Source of the DNA: Malacoraja senta
Lineage: Eukaryota
Assembly: GCA_038087875.1 (NCBI GenBank)
Contig: CM075987.1
Coordinates: 18,600,001 to 18,664,000 of the forward strand
Direction: 5' to 3'
DNA length: 64,000 nucleotides
The position numbers were made by a program, and so were the translations under genes. This document shows, piece by piece, positions 39,147 through 52,691 of the stretch (position 1 is the first letter of the stretch; the number at the start of each line of letters is the position of its first letter). Under the pieces are notes generated by a model. The model was given only the letters and a program-made list of their open reading frames with translations. It searched no databases and had not been told where the DNA came from.

Positions 39147-39529
39147 AGGGCCTGTCCCACTTTCCCGAGTTATTCACGAATTCTCCTGAGTAATTCATGA
39201 ATTCTCCCGAGTTTTCAAACTCGCAGAATGTTCATAACGAGTCCGTAGGAGTCCGTGGATATATCGTATCGGCTCATTAAGCCAGCCATAGGTACTCGGG
39301 GCATCAGGTAAGTCGGGACGTTTTTGCAGCATGATGAAAAATGTTCACTAGTAAAAAAAAATAGCCCCGAGTACCTACGGTTGGCATAACGAGCCGCTAC
39401 GATATATCCACGGACTCCTATCGCCTCCTACGGACTCGTTACGAACATTCTGCGAGTTTGAAAACTCGGGAGAATTCGTGAATAACTCAGGAGAATTCGT
39501 GAATAACTTGGGAAAGTGGGACAGGCCCT
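39147..39529. mobile_element. Palindromic MITE, PIF/Harbinger-like, TAA TSD
   Basis: taa|agggcctgtcccactttccc ... gggaaagtgggacaggccct|taa; arms of about 155 bp are near-perfect inverted repeats. Confidence 0.88.
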
Positions 39530-41602
39530 TAAGATCAGCACCCTCAAAGGATTTTTAAAATAAACTTTTATGAATATGTAAATATAAACTGAGGATTTTA
39601 ACATCATATACTACACATTGTTGTCCATATCTTAATGCAAACCGCATTCCATTTAGCCATTATGTGAAACAGTAGTTCTGAACAGTTTGCTACGCGGTGG
39701 CGATGGGACAGGGTGTATAACTTGCAGCAAACAGTAAATTTACTCAGCAAGCTGTCCATTTAAAGAATAAACATTCACTCACAACAGTATAGTTACTTAG
39801 CTTGATTGAGACCTCTGCAGCACGTAACGGTGGACCATTGCGACTTTCACGAAGGCAAGCAGAATGTGTTGGGATCTGAAATACAAAATGCTGGGAAGGC
39901 AAGACATCTAAGGAGAGAGAGAGATGGAGACGTTAACATTTCAACTACGGTGCGTTTTTTTGTATCCTGTGTAGAATTGGTGGTGAACCGACTCCATTGT
40001 AGACAGTACAATATTCATTAAAATTATGAAGTTTAAAAAGTACCCCAAATTCAGAGATTAAATATCTCGTCTTAAATGGAAATGTTATAAATGACTTGTT
40101 TCTGGCTTATCATACTGAAAGATAAGGCGGAAAGGAACTCCAACAATGCGTTATCTTTTATGACCTCAACTTTCTCTGCTATGATCATTGAATTACGTCC
40201 AAGGTATTGGTCTGTATATTTCATATGGGTTGGGGACAAATTTTGTCTGATTACATTCCAGCCTTACGAAGCAAATTGCTGTGCGAAGAGTCCCAGAGAC
40301 ACCTTGCGGCTAATCTGCATTGATGATACTCTAAATGTGAAATGATCAAATCAATCATTGGTGTCAAAGAGACAAACAGCAGGCCCTTTAGTCCACCTTG
40401 TCTATGATGCCCATTTGCCTGTAATTGACCCATATTCCTTTAACCTTTCCTATTGTCAAAGATAAATCACAACGCTTCAAGAAGACAGCAAGGGATAGGG
40501 ATAGGTAGAGAGCTTAAAAATGTTTAAAGATCTCTACATGCCTTATAATAATTCTGTGCTTTAAAGAAGGTTGAAACTGAGCATGTGTAAATGACACTCA
40601 CTACAGTCTACTTTAGTCAGATTTTCTTCTCTGTTGTCAAAGGACAAATGGCAATCGTAAAACAATAAAATAAGGTCGAAAGGGTAACAGGACATTTGCT
40701 TACATGTAATGGTGTGGAATCGGGCTGTTTACTCTGCTGTGTATTTCAGAGGTGCATGATGTATATTTGTTAAAAGACCATTTGGAAGAAGGAAAAGTTC
40801 TAAAGTGCCTTCTGCAATAAACAAAACATGAAAGTAAAAATTTGTATACAAGTAGATAAATCTTTGTTTGTTGAGCACTCCTAGATTGCTCACTGTATAG
40901 AACACTGTATTTGGCATTCTTAAATAAAGTCTTGTGTTTTAACGTTTTCTTCAACACTATCCATGTACCTGTTCTGTTTTTCTAAATTTAATCATACCTG
41001 CCTCAAACAATTCCTCTGGCATGTCGTTTTATGTACTTATCACCGTTTGTGTGGGAAAGGTTGCCTCTCAGGCTTGAATCTTTCTCCTCTTGCATTAAAT
41101 CTACACCCTCCAGCCCTTGATTCCCCAATTCTGGGTTAATAACTGTATACACATACTCAGAGATGTGAAGAATTTTCCACCTCTTCAATTTCTCTGGAAT
41201 CTCCGAGGTCCACTTGAATGTAAGCAGGGATTTAGTCTCAAGTCTCATTCCATCTCCATCAGTTCAACACATAACATTGCAATCGAACATCAGTCTTGAT
41301 TCCACCCACGTCTGTGGCATGTACTTCGCTTTGTGATTCACCGATGACAGTTCTAGGACTGATGCACGATCAATTGTGCATCAACACTTTGGTCAGTTTT
41401 AAAGTTTGATGAAAATATATTTAATAGTGCCCAACCTTTTCAAAACGATCTCCAAAAAAACCCAAAATGACACTGCATGGATCAAGATTATCTTTCCCAC
41501 AAATTCAGCCAGCAATGTACAACAAAATCTCATACTGAAGCTATAAAGATTGAATAAAACAGACCATGACAGTAGACACAAAAACAGTTCAAGTGTGTTA
41601 CT

Positions 41603-41608
41603 TTTATT
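41603..41608 (-). terminator. Candidate distal polyadenylation signal (AATAAA) of NACC2
   Basis: tttatt on the + strand, at the edge of an AT-rich, repeat-poor block downstream of NACC2; other hexamers exist in the interval. Confidence 0.3.
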
Positions 41609-44129
41609 GAACATGTTAAATCTTGGCCAAATCTAGAAACAGTCCCAGAATTTAACAGTCATCTTGCTGGAGAAACAGTCCCAACAGTGCCATTTTCAGT
41701 AAGGCAGCTCTATCTATACAATCTTTCCTCGAACTTAAAGGTGCAAATGCGTTGAAATGGCTCAGACATTTTACAGTGTAATTTTAAAATAATTAATTTT
41801 TACAAACCCGCTACAGGTCAGGCAAATCTCTTAAATTATTTTTTCACATTGAACACTTTCCCAGTTTTAATCAAAGAAGCATACAGAAACATACAACATT
41901 TCTTCCATCCTGATATGTTAGTTAAAACAAGCATGAGGCCTTATTGTTTGCTTTGGTGCCGAAAGGTTTCTCCAATTATGTTGCTATTAAAGTTGCAGTG
42001 TTAGGTTTTGATAGATCTGCTTCACAAACTTGAAAGAGGTAGGGCAAGCAAAATGAAAACAAATCAGCATGAATGCTTTGAAAATATTACAAGACAGACA
42101 AAGTTCCCTCAAAATCAAACAATCTTCCATTCTGTAGCATAAAATATAAACAGAATTTCTTTCTCAGGGCATCCTGAAGCTCCTTATGGCAAAGTCTTTC
42201 AGAACATTAAATCAAGTTAGAGAGTTTGGCTAGATGCCTCTCCAATACTTCAATAGTCCGTCAGTACTGCATTGGAGGGTGTCAAAAGTTACAATAGACT
42301 GTGACCTTGTTGCTACCCCACATCTAATTATTCGATTTGAGCATTTTCTTGTTGCTTTGCTCAGTTAGAAATTACACTGAGGGGGCAGGGAAGAGCTTTT
42401 GAGTCAAAGTCTGTTGAAAAAGATCAATATAAGATATGCTCATAGATCATGACGTGGTAATCCATTTATGCAGTTTATGAACCTTTTCTAAACAAAAGCT
42501 GCAGATGCTGGAATCTAGAGCAAAACACAAAGTGCTGAATGAACTCAGCAGGTCAAGCAGCATTTGTGAAGGGAATGGACAGTCAATGTATCAGATTGGA
42601 ACCCTTCTTGAGACTGGACAAAAAGGAAATTATATTTTTGCTAATGTGATGAACACTTTTTATACAAATGTATTTGAGCCAAAAATGCAGTTCTGATATG
42701 AAAAGAAAATGCAGTCTGCCGATTGCTGTGGATTTAAATTAAACTCATTTTGATAAAGATCTGACTGCAGCACAAGGACTGAGCATTTTTCAGTTTACAA
42801 GCAGTTATTAAAATAAATGAACTGTTTTGTTTGGAGGAGGTGTGACTGATGTCAATGTTTAAACCAACTTCATATTAAATAAAAACAAGCTTGCAACATT
42901 TTTTTTCTCCTCCTCACACCTTCCAAGGATTTTGAAATTAATACTCTCCAATTATTAAAGTTGTTCTCATTCTATATAAAGCAGTTTCTCAATTCTTTAT
43001 GGTGGAATACTGAACTACGGCAAGGATAGTTTGATTTGTGCTCAATTGCTCTCTCGATCGTAAATGTAGAGTTGGATTGTGTAGTTGGGTGAGCGAGGAA
43101 GCACAGAGTTAATGATTAGTGAGGATACCTGCTAACTCTCTTCAGCAATCAATAGATGCTGGTGGGGACAAGGATTTAGCTGATGCTTATAATACTCAGT
43201 TTCACACAACAGCTGTGCCAGAAGATGCCAGCTACCCAGAGCAGGTCAAAGGAGAGAACCCCCCCCCCCCCCCAATTCAACAGCAAACCAACCCAACGTT
43301 AACAGTAGGCATAAAGAACTGCTGGTGTTGGTTTACCAAAAAAGATACAAAGTGCTGGAGTAACTCAGCAAGTCCGACAGCATCTCTGGATAGGTGATGT
43401 TTTTGGTCGGGAAAGGAAGGGCCACGACCCAAAACATAGCCTATCTACATTCTCCAGAGATGCTGCCTGTTCCGCTGAATTACTCCACGCTTTGTGTCTT
43501 TTAACATTAACAGTATCTTTAACTCGAAGTGGCTGGATTTCACATCATAAGTCCTGCTAACCAGACCAAGTTCTGTTCACTCAGCAGATCTAGAAATGTC
43601 TTCACTTTATTCCTACCTTGGAAGCTTCCCTGTCAGATGTATTTGAAAAACACATTGAATAGGTTCAGGGTTCCAATTTCAAGCTTCCACACAAAGACGA
43701 TGTAATTCTTGTAACAATTTGACAAATCCCCTAAACCAGTATTGCAGGCATGGGACAATTATCTTCATAAATCTACAGTACATTTAAAATACACAAGCTT
43801 TCAAATAAGTCATATTTGAGATTCCCAAAGGCAGAAGCATCTGTTCCTTGTACCTTTAAAATAAAATAGAAGTACAATCACAAAGGATGTGTTTCACACA
43901 TTGGTGGTGTGTTGAAAGCTAAATGAAGAGTGTGCTGCCTGCCAACGCTCACCATAAAGAATTCCATTGATTAGGAACCAGGCCCATTCGGGAAGATTAG
44001 TATTTTAAAATATCCCGTTACGGTTTGTTGGAAATATAAATGGTAATTTCAAAATTAAAAAAAGATTGTGACTAAGGTTTCTTGATGCCAAGTGAAATGA
44101 TTTGTCAACACATTAGTCAAAGTGGCTAG

Positions 44130-44432
44130 ATGTTTAGTTTGGAGATCCAGCATGGAAACAGGCACTTTGGCCCAAGTCCACAACGCCCATTTGCCCTAGG
44201 TCTGTTATCCCACTTTCTCAGCTTCTCCCTACACAAGGGCCAATTTTACAGAGGCCAATTAACCATTGAAACCTGCATGTCTTTGAAATGTGGGAGAAAC
44301 AAGAACACCTGGAGAAAACTCTCATGGTCAAGGAGAATGTGTAGAACTCCACAGACAGCACCCGGGATTAGGATCGAATGCAGGTCTCCAACGCTGTGAG
44401 GCAGCAGCTCTACCAGCTCCACACTGTGCCGC
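44130..44432 (-). mobile_element. HE1-type V-SINE
   Basis: Reverse complement begins ggcggcacagtgtggagctggtagagctgctgcctcacagcg, similar to 18646. Confidence 0.75.
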
Positions 44433-47400
44433 CCTACTGCTCCCAACTGTTTGTAGGAATGAAATGGTTCCAAAATGGGATTTGTTGATAAGTGCTGGAA
44501 ACAGTCCCAGGACTTTATTGATTAACGTCACCCAAAACATCCTGCTTGCAAAGTTCAGTTCTTAGATAACATGGATTATAAATTTAGTGATTTCATAAAG
44601 GTTATCGTCTGTGGATTACATCTTTCAAACAAAACTGTACAGCAAAAAGAAAAGCTTAAAAATGAGTACAACATTGCACCTCTCCAGACGAACTAGTATG
44701 TGAAATTTGATAAAGCTTTGTATTAAAAATATTAGTTGGCTCACATGCTTCACAAGTGCATGCAGAAAAAGCACCCTTTTTTCACAGCATGTGAAAATAC
44801 CTCTCTACTGAATCAGACTTGCGAAATTTTACTGGTGAATTCAGAAAACTAAGAGGGACATTTTTTTTCAATCGTGTGAATGTTTGAATCAGCAAATCTC
44901 TCAATCGGTTCCTGACAGCTGCATTAATGGTCTAGAAATAGTGCAGTTAGAAAAAGTTAATGCGGCTGATGCACAATTACATTTTTTAAAATCTTTTGGC
45001 AGAGTCCATCAGATGTCCTTTCTAGCTTCTTCATTCTCCTCCTCTCCCCTCCATCACCCACTGCACCATTTCATTCCTAGTATTTAATGCCAGGAATTTG
45101 AAGCCGTTCAGTTTTAATTTTCATCCCTGATCACTGTAGTTTAGTGCAATTTTACTGATGTTCTGCAGTTAACTGAGGAATAATTTGTTAAAAAATTAGG
45201 TTTCCTACACTCGAGGATTCAAAAACCCTCACATCAAACCTTGAGTTGCAAAATTTAGAGCTGCAATTATTCCATTTTAATTGAGTGTTTTTCATCTTCA
45301 TTAAGTTAATACTACTTCCAAATACCAGCTGGAAAATCTAGTAGTTAACATCCATTTCAGCATAAGTACTAGAACTACTACAATACCACAAATTATATTT
45401 TGTTATATTGATAATTTTAACATCCTACACCATAATTCATGCTCACCAAGTTATTCTTATTTTGTCATTTTAGAGTTGTATTTTTAACTATTTGTCATTT
45501 GATCCATTCAGGCCCAACATTGCAAAGCACCATTTAACTTAAAGCTTTTGGGCACAGGACATTTCTTGGAGTGCTTCCAAACCATTGGGTTGCATACATC
45601 CTCCATTTGGTAAGGCAGGGCACTTGGTGAAATCAAAACGTGATGCAAGATCTCTTCCCTCAGGCCAAAAATAGGAGGCATATCTTTTAACAAAAGCATG
45701 TCTTAAAACACCCTCAAATTATCAGAATATTTTTTCTCCAGTGAATCCGATTATTAATCCTGAAAGGATTAGGCATTGGGCCAAACCATCTTCAAGAACA
45801 GGGTCGTCGTGAAGATAGAATCTACTGACTTCAATGATTTATGTATTTTTCAGAAATTATCTCCTTTATATATGGAGGTTCATATCATCTCTGGAAAGCA
45901 CCTACTCTGTAGTTCTTGAATCCTACACCAAAGACTATAATTTGTCCTCCCGCTGTTTCTGCTGTTCCATTGAACTGATGTATTTTAACTGCAAGATCAA
46001 AGGGTAAAGCATAACATCTACTTTTTAAAATGTTAGTGTATATTCGGTTATATTTCTAACAGTGTTACTCCATCATTTGTCCTTTTTTTTTTAATGGGAG
46101 GTTTCACATTTTTTCTCTACTAAGTTCAAGGCTTTGATATTGTGCTGGACAATGTAGTTCAAGGTCAGCAATTCAGTATGAAACATGCCTTTACCATGCT
46201 GGGATTATGGCGAGTTTGCCTACAAGATAGCGAGTAGAACATAGAAGAGCGGGGGGTCAAAGAAATGAGTTGCACCAGCACTTTATTAGAATTGGACCAG
46301 TATCCCATAAAAGCAATTGCCATCATTAACATCTGTGCATTGATGGACAGGAAGACGAGGTGAGGCATGTGATAAACAAGTCATAAAGTCATTGAGCATG
46401 GAACAAAGCTCTTCAGCCAGCTTGTCCATGCCGACCTAAGATGAAATGTTCCACTGTGGTATAGATGTTTTGAGACCTTCCTGGTTTAAATATACAAAGG
46501 TTTTTTTTCCAAAAGCAATATGCCAGTTGACCATTAAATTCAACCTGGCAGAAAAATGATCTTAATTGCTGGAAAGACTAAATGCAACTTGCTCACACTT
46601 GTGTGCTCTTGCCCAAATGAAAAGGGCATGTAGAAATGGTATTGAGGGGAGAAGAGACAAGGAACTGCAGATGCTGGATGCCTGAGCAAAACACAAAGTG
46701 CTGGAGGAACTCAGCAGGTCAGACAGCATCTGTGGATGGAATCGACAGATGCTTGCCATAAAGAATATAAACAGCCACCACAGGCAGGTGTGGTGGGCAT
46801 TTATATTCTTTATGACGGGCACCTGTACTTCAGCATTTTGCGTTCTGTTCAGCATTGAGAGCAGTTGCATTGTTTACCCCCCAAACTGGAAAAACTCATA
46901 TGGAATCATCGGGCCCTTCTAACAGTTCCTTGAGTTCAGCCCTACATTAACCATCTCCAAACCCATAGTGCACAAGTGTCTCTATCCCAAGCAGAAATGG
47001 TAGTGTGTCATTTTGAAAGTTGAACGGCAGAACACATGACTGGTTCGCATAATCTCCCAGATTTGGGGCAATACAGCTGGAAGACATAGGTTTTCAATCT
47101 TTTGAACTCAAGAGGGAAAGAAATGGAAGTTGCAGCATATTCTGCCAGGTTCAAAGGGAGAATGAATAATGGTAGTCAGTCCTTCCCCTCAAAGGGGGGC
47201 AAGGTATTTTTGGAGCAGCTAACCATCTATCCTGTGAACAAAAGTGTAAATTAAGATATATCGCACAACACTCAAGTTACCCGAGAGCATTACGTTTAGC
47301 TTTTAAAGAAAGTAATAAATGATTATATCCAGTAAACTATTATTGGTCTTTTACTGGAAAGGAACAAAGGTAAGAAAATATACTGGACTGCCCCAGGACT

Positions 47401-48969
47401 TTATTCAGTAATCTAACCACATGAATCTGTAGGAAGGAGAATGTTAAATATATATCAATGAACCACAAGCAGGAAAATCAGCATTCTGGAGAGTGTTTGG
47501 GCAATGACATCATTGCCATCACTCTCGCAAAGAAATTACATTGAGATCTTGTTTTAGTAATGCAAGCAAAAATGAACAATTAATCTTCAAAAAAAGGGGG
47601 GCGAGGAAATATCAACAATTTTAGAAGATGCTTGCTTGCTGAGAATCTTTGATAACATACCAAGTACAATAAAGTGCATCAGAACAGTGTAAGCCAAAAT
47701 ATTCAAGTTGAAAGGGTCAAGGAGCCAAACTTTCAAATGGCACTTCTGCATTCTTGTGTTAGGGGAATGGTCAGTTTCATTAGAAAAACAAAAATACTTT
47801 CCACGAAGTGCATTTAGCCCACAGTCATATTAATGGCATGGTTTGTGCCAAAGTTGCTTAAACAAAAAGAGGAACTATTGGGAAAATTCACACACCAGTG
47901 AACAAATATGTATTTATACATAAATACTGTCAAGTCAATTAAATACTATGGGTGCTCTTTACAATTAACAAAACAATCAGCAAAATATGATGGGATTCTT
48001 TCTTGGGAGGAAGAGTAAATCAAATGTCTAAGGCACATGTTTCTGCATGTATACAATCTAAGTAACATTTTATGACAATCTATGTCTTAAGCATGATCAA
48101 TGTTCAATCTCGTCACATCATGCAAACCCCCTGCACAACTTAAACCTTTATGCTTATTTTAAGGTTTTGCTTGGACGTCTTCCCCATCACGCCTTAGTCC
48201 AGCCCAACAGCAGTACCACCTGACTTCAAGGAATGAGTGAAGGATTAACACCCAACCTGGGATCCTGAAACCCCTGCCCTCTGACAGGGTAAAATGCTCA
48301 AAATGTTACCAGTCGGCATCAATGGAAATCTTTAAAACTCCTTCCGAGCCCAAAGTCATTCAGTCAATCATTCTTCTTATAGCATCACTTATAGCTACAT
48401 ATTTATATGCAAGTGTCTGAAAAAAATATAATCAGTCAGATTATGCTAAATATTGATCTTCAACTAGATAAGCTAGTGCACACTCGGTAGTAACCACGGT
48501 CATCATGGTTTGAGAGGAGAGCAGATATTGAGACGTCGATGAGGACATAATTTTATTTTAAATTCTACTTTTCAATCCCATCACAGTTAGTGTGTTTTTA
48601 GAAGGTCAGTTCCATTTAAGAGTCTGTTAATGGACCAACAGTGCTAAAACGACCAGGGCTACATATACTAGCACCAATGGTAACTTTCAAGCCACCTGGC
48701 TGCTCCTTAATTGTGACATTTGATGGGGAGAGAATACAAACTCTGACGTCGCCCCGGCAAGACAAGTCGAATTAGAAACATCTATTTCACTGTTAAAAAG
48801 GCGTCTTCATTCCTTCATGGCAATTTGTATACAGGTCGGATAAAAGTCATGTCTTCAGGCAACAGGTACAGGTCAGTGGCTTAATAACACTGCCAAATGT
48901 TGAGAGGGTTAGTATGCATGCAAGCCATTTCAATTACCATGATGCGTTTTCTTTTGGCAGTGGAAATCT

Positions 48970-49463
48970 TCACAAGGTCCCTGCATATGTTCCATCCAGT
49001 TTCCGCATGGCTGTTTCAGATCTATTATTGGAGGAAGCTTCATCTTGTTCAAAAGTGGCGCCCGTGTTGGGCGTGTCGGGAGCCAAATTATTAGTGCCAG
49101 CAGCTTCTCTTATTACCGACTCTACCATTTCATTCTGTTCAGACGACTGGTTGGAGCTGGGGGACTCCACATCTATGTTGGCAGGGTTTGTTCTTTCTCC
49201 GAGTACAGTCCCAGGATCACTACGCTTCTCAGCTTGACTATTTTGCTCAAATGCCAACCCAGTTCCATACAGCCCAGGGTCCAAACTGTCTCCGCCACCT
49301 GCATCTCCGATCACAGTGCGGTACACCTCCACCCCGTCAGGCAGCATCGATTTAATCTTGGGCAGCCAGCGCTTGCGAACCCGTCGAGCATTAGTGCACA
49401 TGTCAGCAGCAATCACATTCATCTCACTCTCTTTGAAATTGGGAGCAAAGTTCTGACAATATA
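48970..49463 (-). CDS. NACC2: NACC2 last coding exon (BEN end and C-terminal tail)
   Basis: Minus strand tgacag|TATATTGT...; YCQNFAPNFKESEMNVIAADMCTNARRVRKRWLPKIKSMLP...DGTYAGTL*. Confidence 0.95.
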
Positions 49464-50387
49464 CTGTCAAAAAGGAGAAGAAAAGGTAATCAATGTGCAA
49501 AATATTACCCACTAAAAGAGTATGCCGAGCAAGGAATAAGCAGCTTCTAAATTCAAAACATCAAAGCTTACATGATTCAAAAATTACAACAAAGGAAGAA
49601 ATTTAACATTTTGGAAGCGTAAAATTATTTTAAATGCAGAATTCCTTTGTTTGAAAGCTCTGAACCCATACTACAGTACTTCAGGAAAATGAGCACTTAA
49701 TGGTTGATAATGAGCTCTATTGAATCACAAGATAGTCTTCCAATACATGAAAATCTATATCGGGATCATAAGACTGCATCTGTATTCCCAAACTACACAA
49801 TGGTATTGTTCGACCAAGTCATTCCACAGCCATTTCATTCAAACAGGTGAACTAAATTTGTAAATCAGGTTGTATTATTCTGTGAAGTGAACTTCTGGCT
49901 AGATTAAAATCAAATGTCAACCAAGGTTAAAGGCATTTGTTAAAATCATATCTCCATTTCTAGACAACTTCACACTGAAGGGGTATTCTCCAGTTTGCCC
50001 CTCAGCTTCAAATTCTTCAGTTCCATTTCTTAGCTGTACAAACAAGCTGAGATTCTCAAAATCAGTTTATGAAAATTTGGGTTCTCCAATACACTGTTGG
50101 GTTACAATATATACTTTGATGAATTTATAATGAGGTGACAGTCCATATATCTGCGCTGAATCTCCATGCAAAACAATAACATACCATGGCCACCAGCCCT
50201 AACAACTGGTAGTGACGAAAATCAAGGATTCTAACATTAGACATTGAAACGTTGAAGACAGAGCGCTTTCTAATTGTAGTCTGGACATGACAGGGACTTC
50301 TCCATCTGTTCCCCTTTTGTACTCAAAGTTCTAGTTTATTTAAAACAAATCTGGTTTCTTCCCTTTGGTCAATCTAATACTTTCATT

Positions 50388-50975
50388 CACAAGTTCACAG
50401 GTTATAGGAGTAGAACTAGGCCATTCGGCCCATCAAGTCTACACAGCCATTCAATCATGGCTGATCTCTGCCTCCTAATTCAATTTTCCTGCCTTCTGCC
50501 CATAACCCTTGACACCGTTCTAATTAAGAAATTGTCTATCCCTAGCTTAACAATATCCACTGAAAATATCCTCTGTGGCAATGAGTTCCACAGATTAACT
50601 ACCTTCTGACTAAGAAGTTCCTCCTCACCTCCTTTCTAAAAGAGCACCCTTTAATTCAGAGGCTATGACCTCTGGTCCGAGATTCTCCCACCATTGGAAA
50701 CATCCTTTCCACATCCACTCTATGCCTTTCATTATTCTGTAAATTTCAATTAGGTCACCCCTCAACCTTCTAAACTCCAGCAAGTAGAGGCCCAGTGCTG
50801 TCAAACGCTCATCATATGTTAACCCATTCATTCCTGGAATCATTCTTGTAAACCTCCTCTGGACCCTCTCCAGAGCCAGCACATCCTTCCTCAGATATGG
50901 GGCCCAAATACGCTCACAGTACTCCAAATGCGGCCTGGCTGCGCCTAAGGGAGCCTCAGCATTACATCTCTTGCT
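50388..50975 (-). mobile_element. CR1-type LINE 3' fragment
   Basis: ORF 50625-50927(-) EYCERIWAPYLRKDVLALERVQRRFTRMIPG. Confidence 0.9.
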
Positions 50976-51159
50976 TCCACCTGGTTTTGGATATGGTGAT
51001 ACACAGCCACAATATGTTTCTGATTTTATGTACTAAATTTAAAAAAATGTCCCACGCATGCACTATTCAGCAATGATGCACGTCAATACAAGTTAATCAT
51101 ACACATTAGAGCTCTCACAAAAATGTTTGAGAACTAATTGAATTCCTTAATGTATAGAA

Positions 51160-51720
51160 GTTGGGATGTTATGTTACAGTTGCACAAGACATTGGTGAGG
51201 CCACACTTGAAGTATTGTGTTCAGTTTTGGTCACCTGCTATTGGAAGGATGTTGTTAAATTGGAAAGCAGAGAAGATATACAAGGATGTTGCCAGGACTG
51301 GAGGGTCCGAGCTATAGATAGGCTAGGACTATATTCGTTTGTGCGCATGAGGCTGAGGAGTAATCTTATAGTGGTGTGTAAACTCATGAGGGGAATAGAT
51401 TAGATGAATGCACATTTATCCAGAGTAGGGGAATCAAGAACCAGAGGATATAGATTTAAGGTGAGAGGGGAAAGATTTAATAGGAACCAGAGGGACAACC
51501 TTTTCACTCAGAGGATGGTGGGTAAATGGAATGAGATGCCAGAGGAGATGGTGGAGGCAGGTGCAATAAGAACATTTAAAAGACAATTGGACTGATACAG
51601 GATTGGAAAGGTTTAGAGGGATATGAACCAAATGCAGGTAGGCAGGATATGGGTAAACAGGGCAACTTGGTTGTCATAAGCAAGTTCAGCCGAATGGGCC
51701 TGTTTGCTTGCAGTATGACT
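51160..51720 (+). mobile_element. CR1/HER1-type LINE 3' fragment
   Basis: Frameshifted ORF2 end ...ESRTRGYRFKVRGERF...FTQRMVGKWN. Confidence 0.85.
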
Positions 51721-52328
51721 AATACTTTAAATCCAATTGTTGATCATTTCAATTGATGAGCATGCATACACAGCTCCATTCAGATTATTCTCAGAGCCAT
51801 CATCAGATTCTTCATTTCCCAGACATCAAATATTTTGAAAGATAATGTATATACCTCTCCCAGGTTTTAATCCCCCCCGGCTACTTTCTTCAGTATTGTT
51901 TTCTCTGAATTATCCTTCTGACCCTGGCTCCTTCTGTATTCTCTTGTACTTACCCCACTAACTGGGGGCATGCCAATAACAACACAAATCCCAGATTTTA
52001 CATTTCCCAATTTAAACTCCTCCTCAGTTCCACCTCTTTCTCCAAGAATTTCCCAACGAAGCCCAATTTTGGTTAACACCTTCAATCTTTCCATCTGATC
52101 TCTCAATTTTTGCCTCATCAGTTGCATTCACATTGAAGAGCTCTGGGTCAATTTTCTATGTGAAAATATATATTTTAAGAGTAATTAGAGGAGCGGAAGC
52201 CACATATAACCAATCATTCAACTGGTCCTTTTCTAACAAAATCTTAATTTATGTAAAAACTTCATAAAGTCACTTGGATTATCGCACAGCTTCAAGCATG
52301 TTAATGGCAAGAATGAATCACAACTCAC

Positions 52329-52426
52329 GTTTTACTGCATTCAAGACCCTGCTATCCAAAGGCTTTCTACTAGGGTCACTGGTGGAGGAACGGATCCCAG
52401 TGCCACAGCTATTTGCCAATGTGTTG
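52329..52426 (-). CDS. NACC2: NACC2 exon, BEN domain
   Basis: Minus strand tttcag|CAAC...AAAC|gtgagt; [32 protein letters not shown]; 159-nt intron upstream. Confidence 0.95.
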
Positions 52427-52585
52427 CTGAAAAATAATGAAAACCATCTCATTATCCTTACCGGAACTAAGAGTTTGTTGGCTAAGAAAACAAAAGAAAA
52501 CAAATTATAGCAAATCACCATGTAATATGGTTTAAATTGGCGGCAAATTTTAGGTACATAGCATGGTTGTGATTCTGTTACTCAC

Positions 52586-52691
52586 CGATCAAAGAATGAG
52601 GCAAGCAGGCGGCGAAGGAGCACCTTGTGTTTGACCCCAGCGCAGAGGTGACAGTTCATCACTTGACCCCGGGTGATATAAACCGCAGAAC
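52586..52691 (-). CDS. NACC2: NACC2 exon, BEN domain start
   Basis: Minus strand tggcag|GTTCT...GATCG|gtgagt; [35 protein letters not shown]. Confidence 0.95.

Noticed and set aside
39160-39215. CRISPR-like direct repeats
   Set aside because: Abutting 21-bp units without spacers inside a eukaryotic MITE; no cas genes.
49045-49515. 156-aa ORF antisense to the last NACC2 exon
   Set aside because: Shadow ORF of a real coding exon; no independent evidence.
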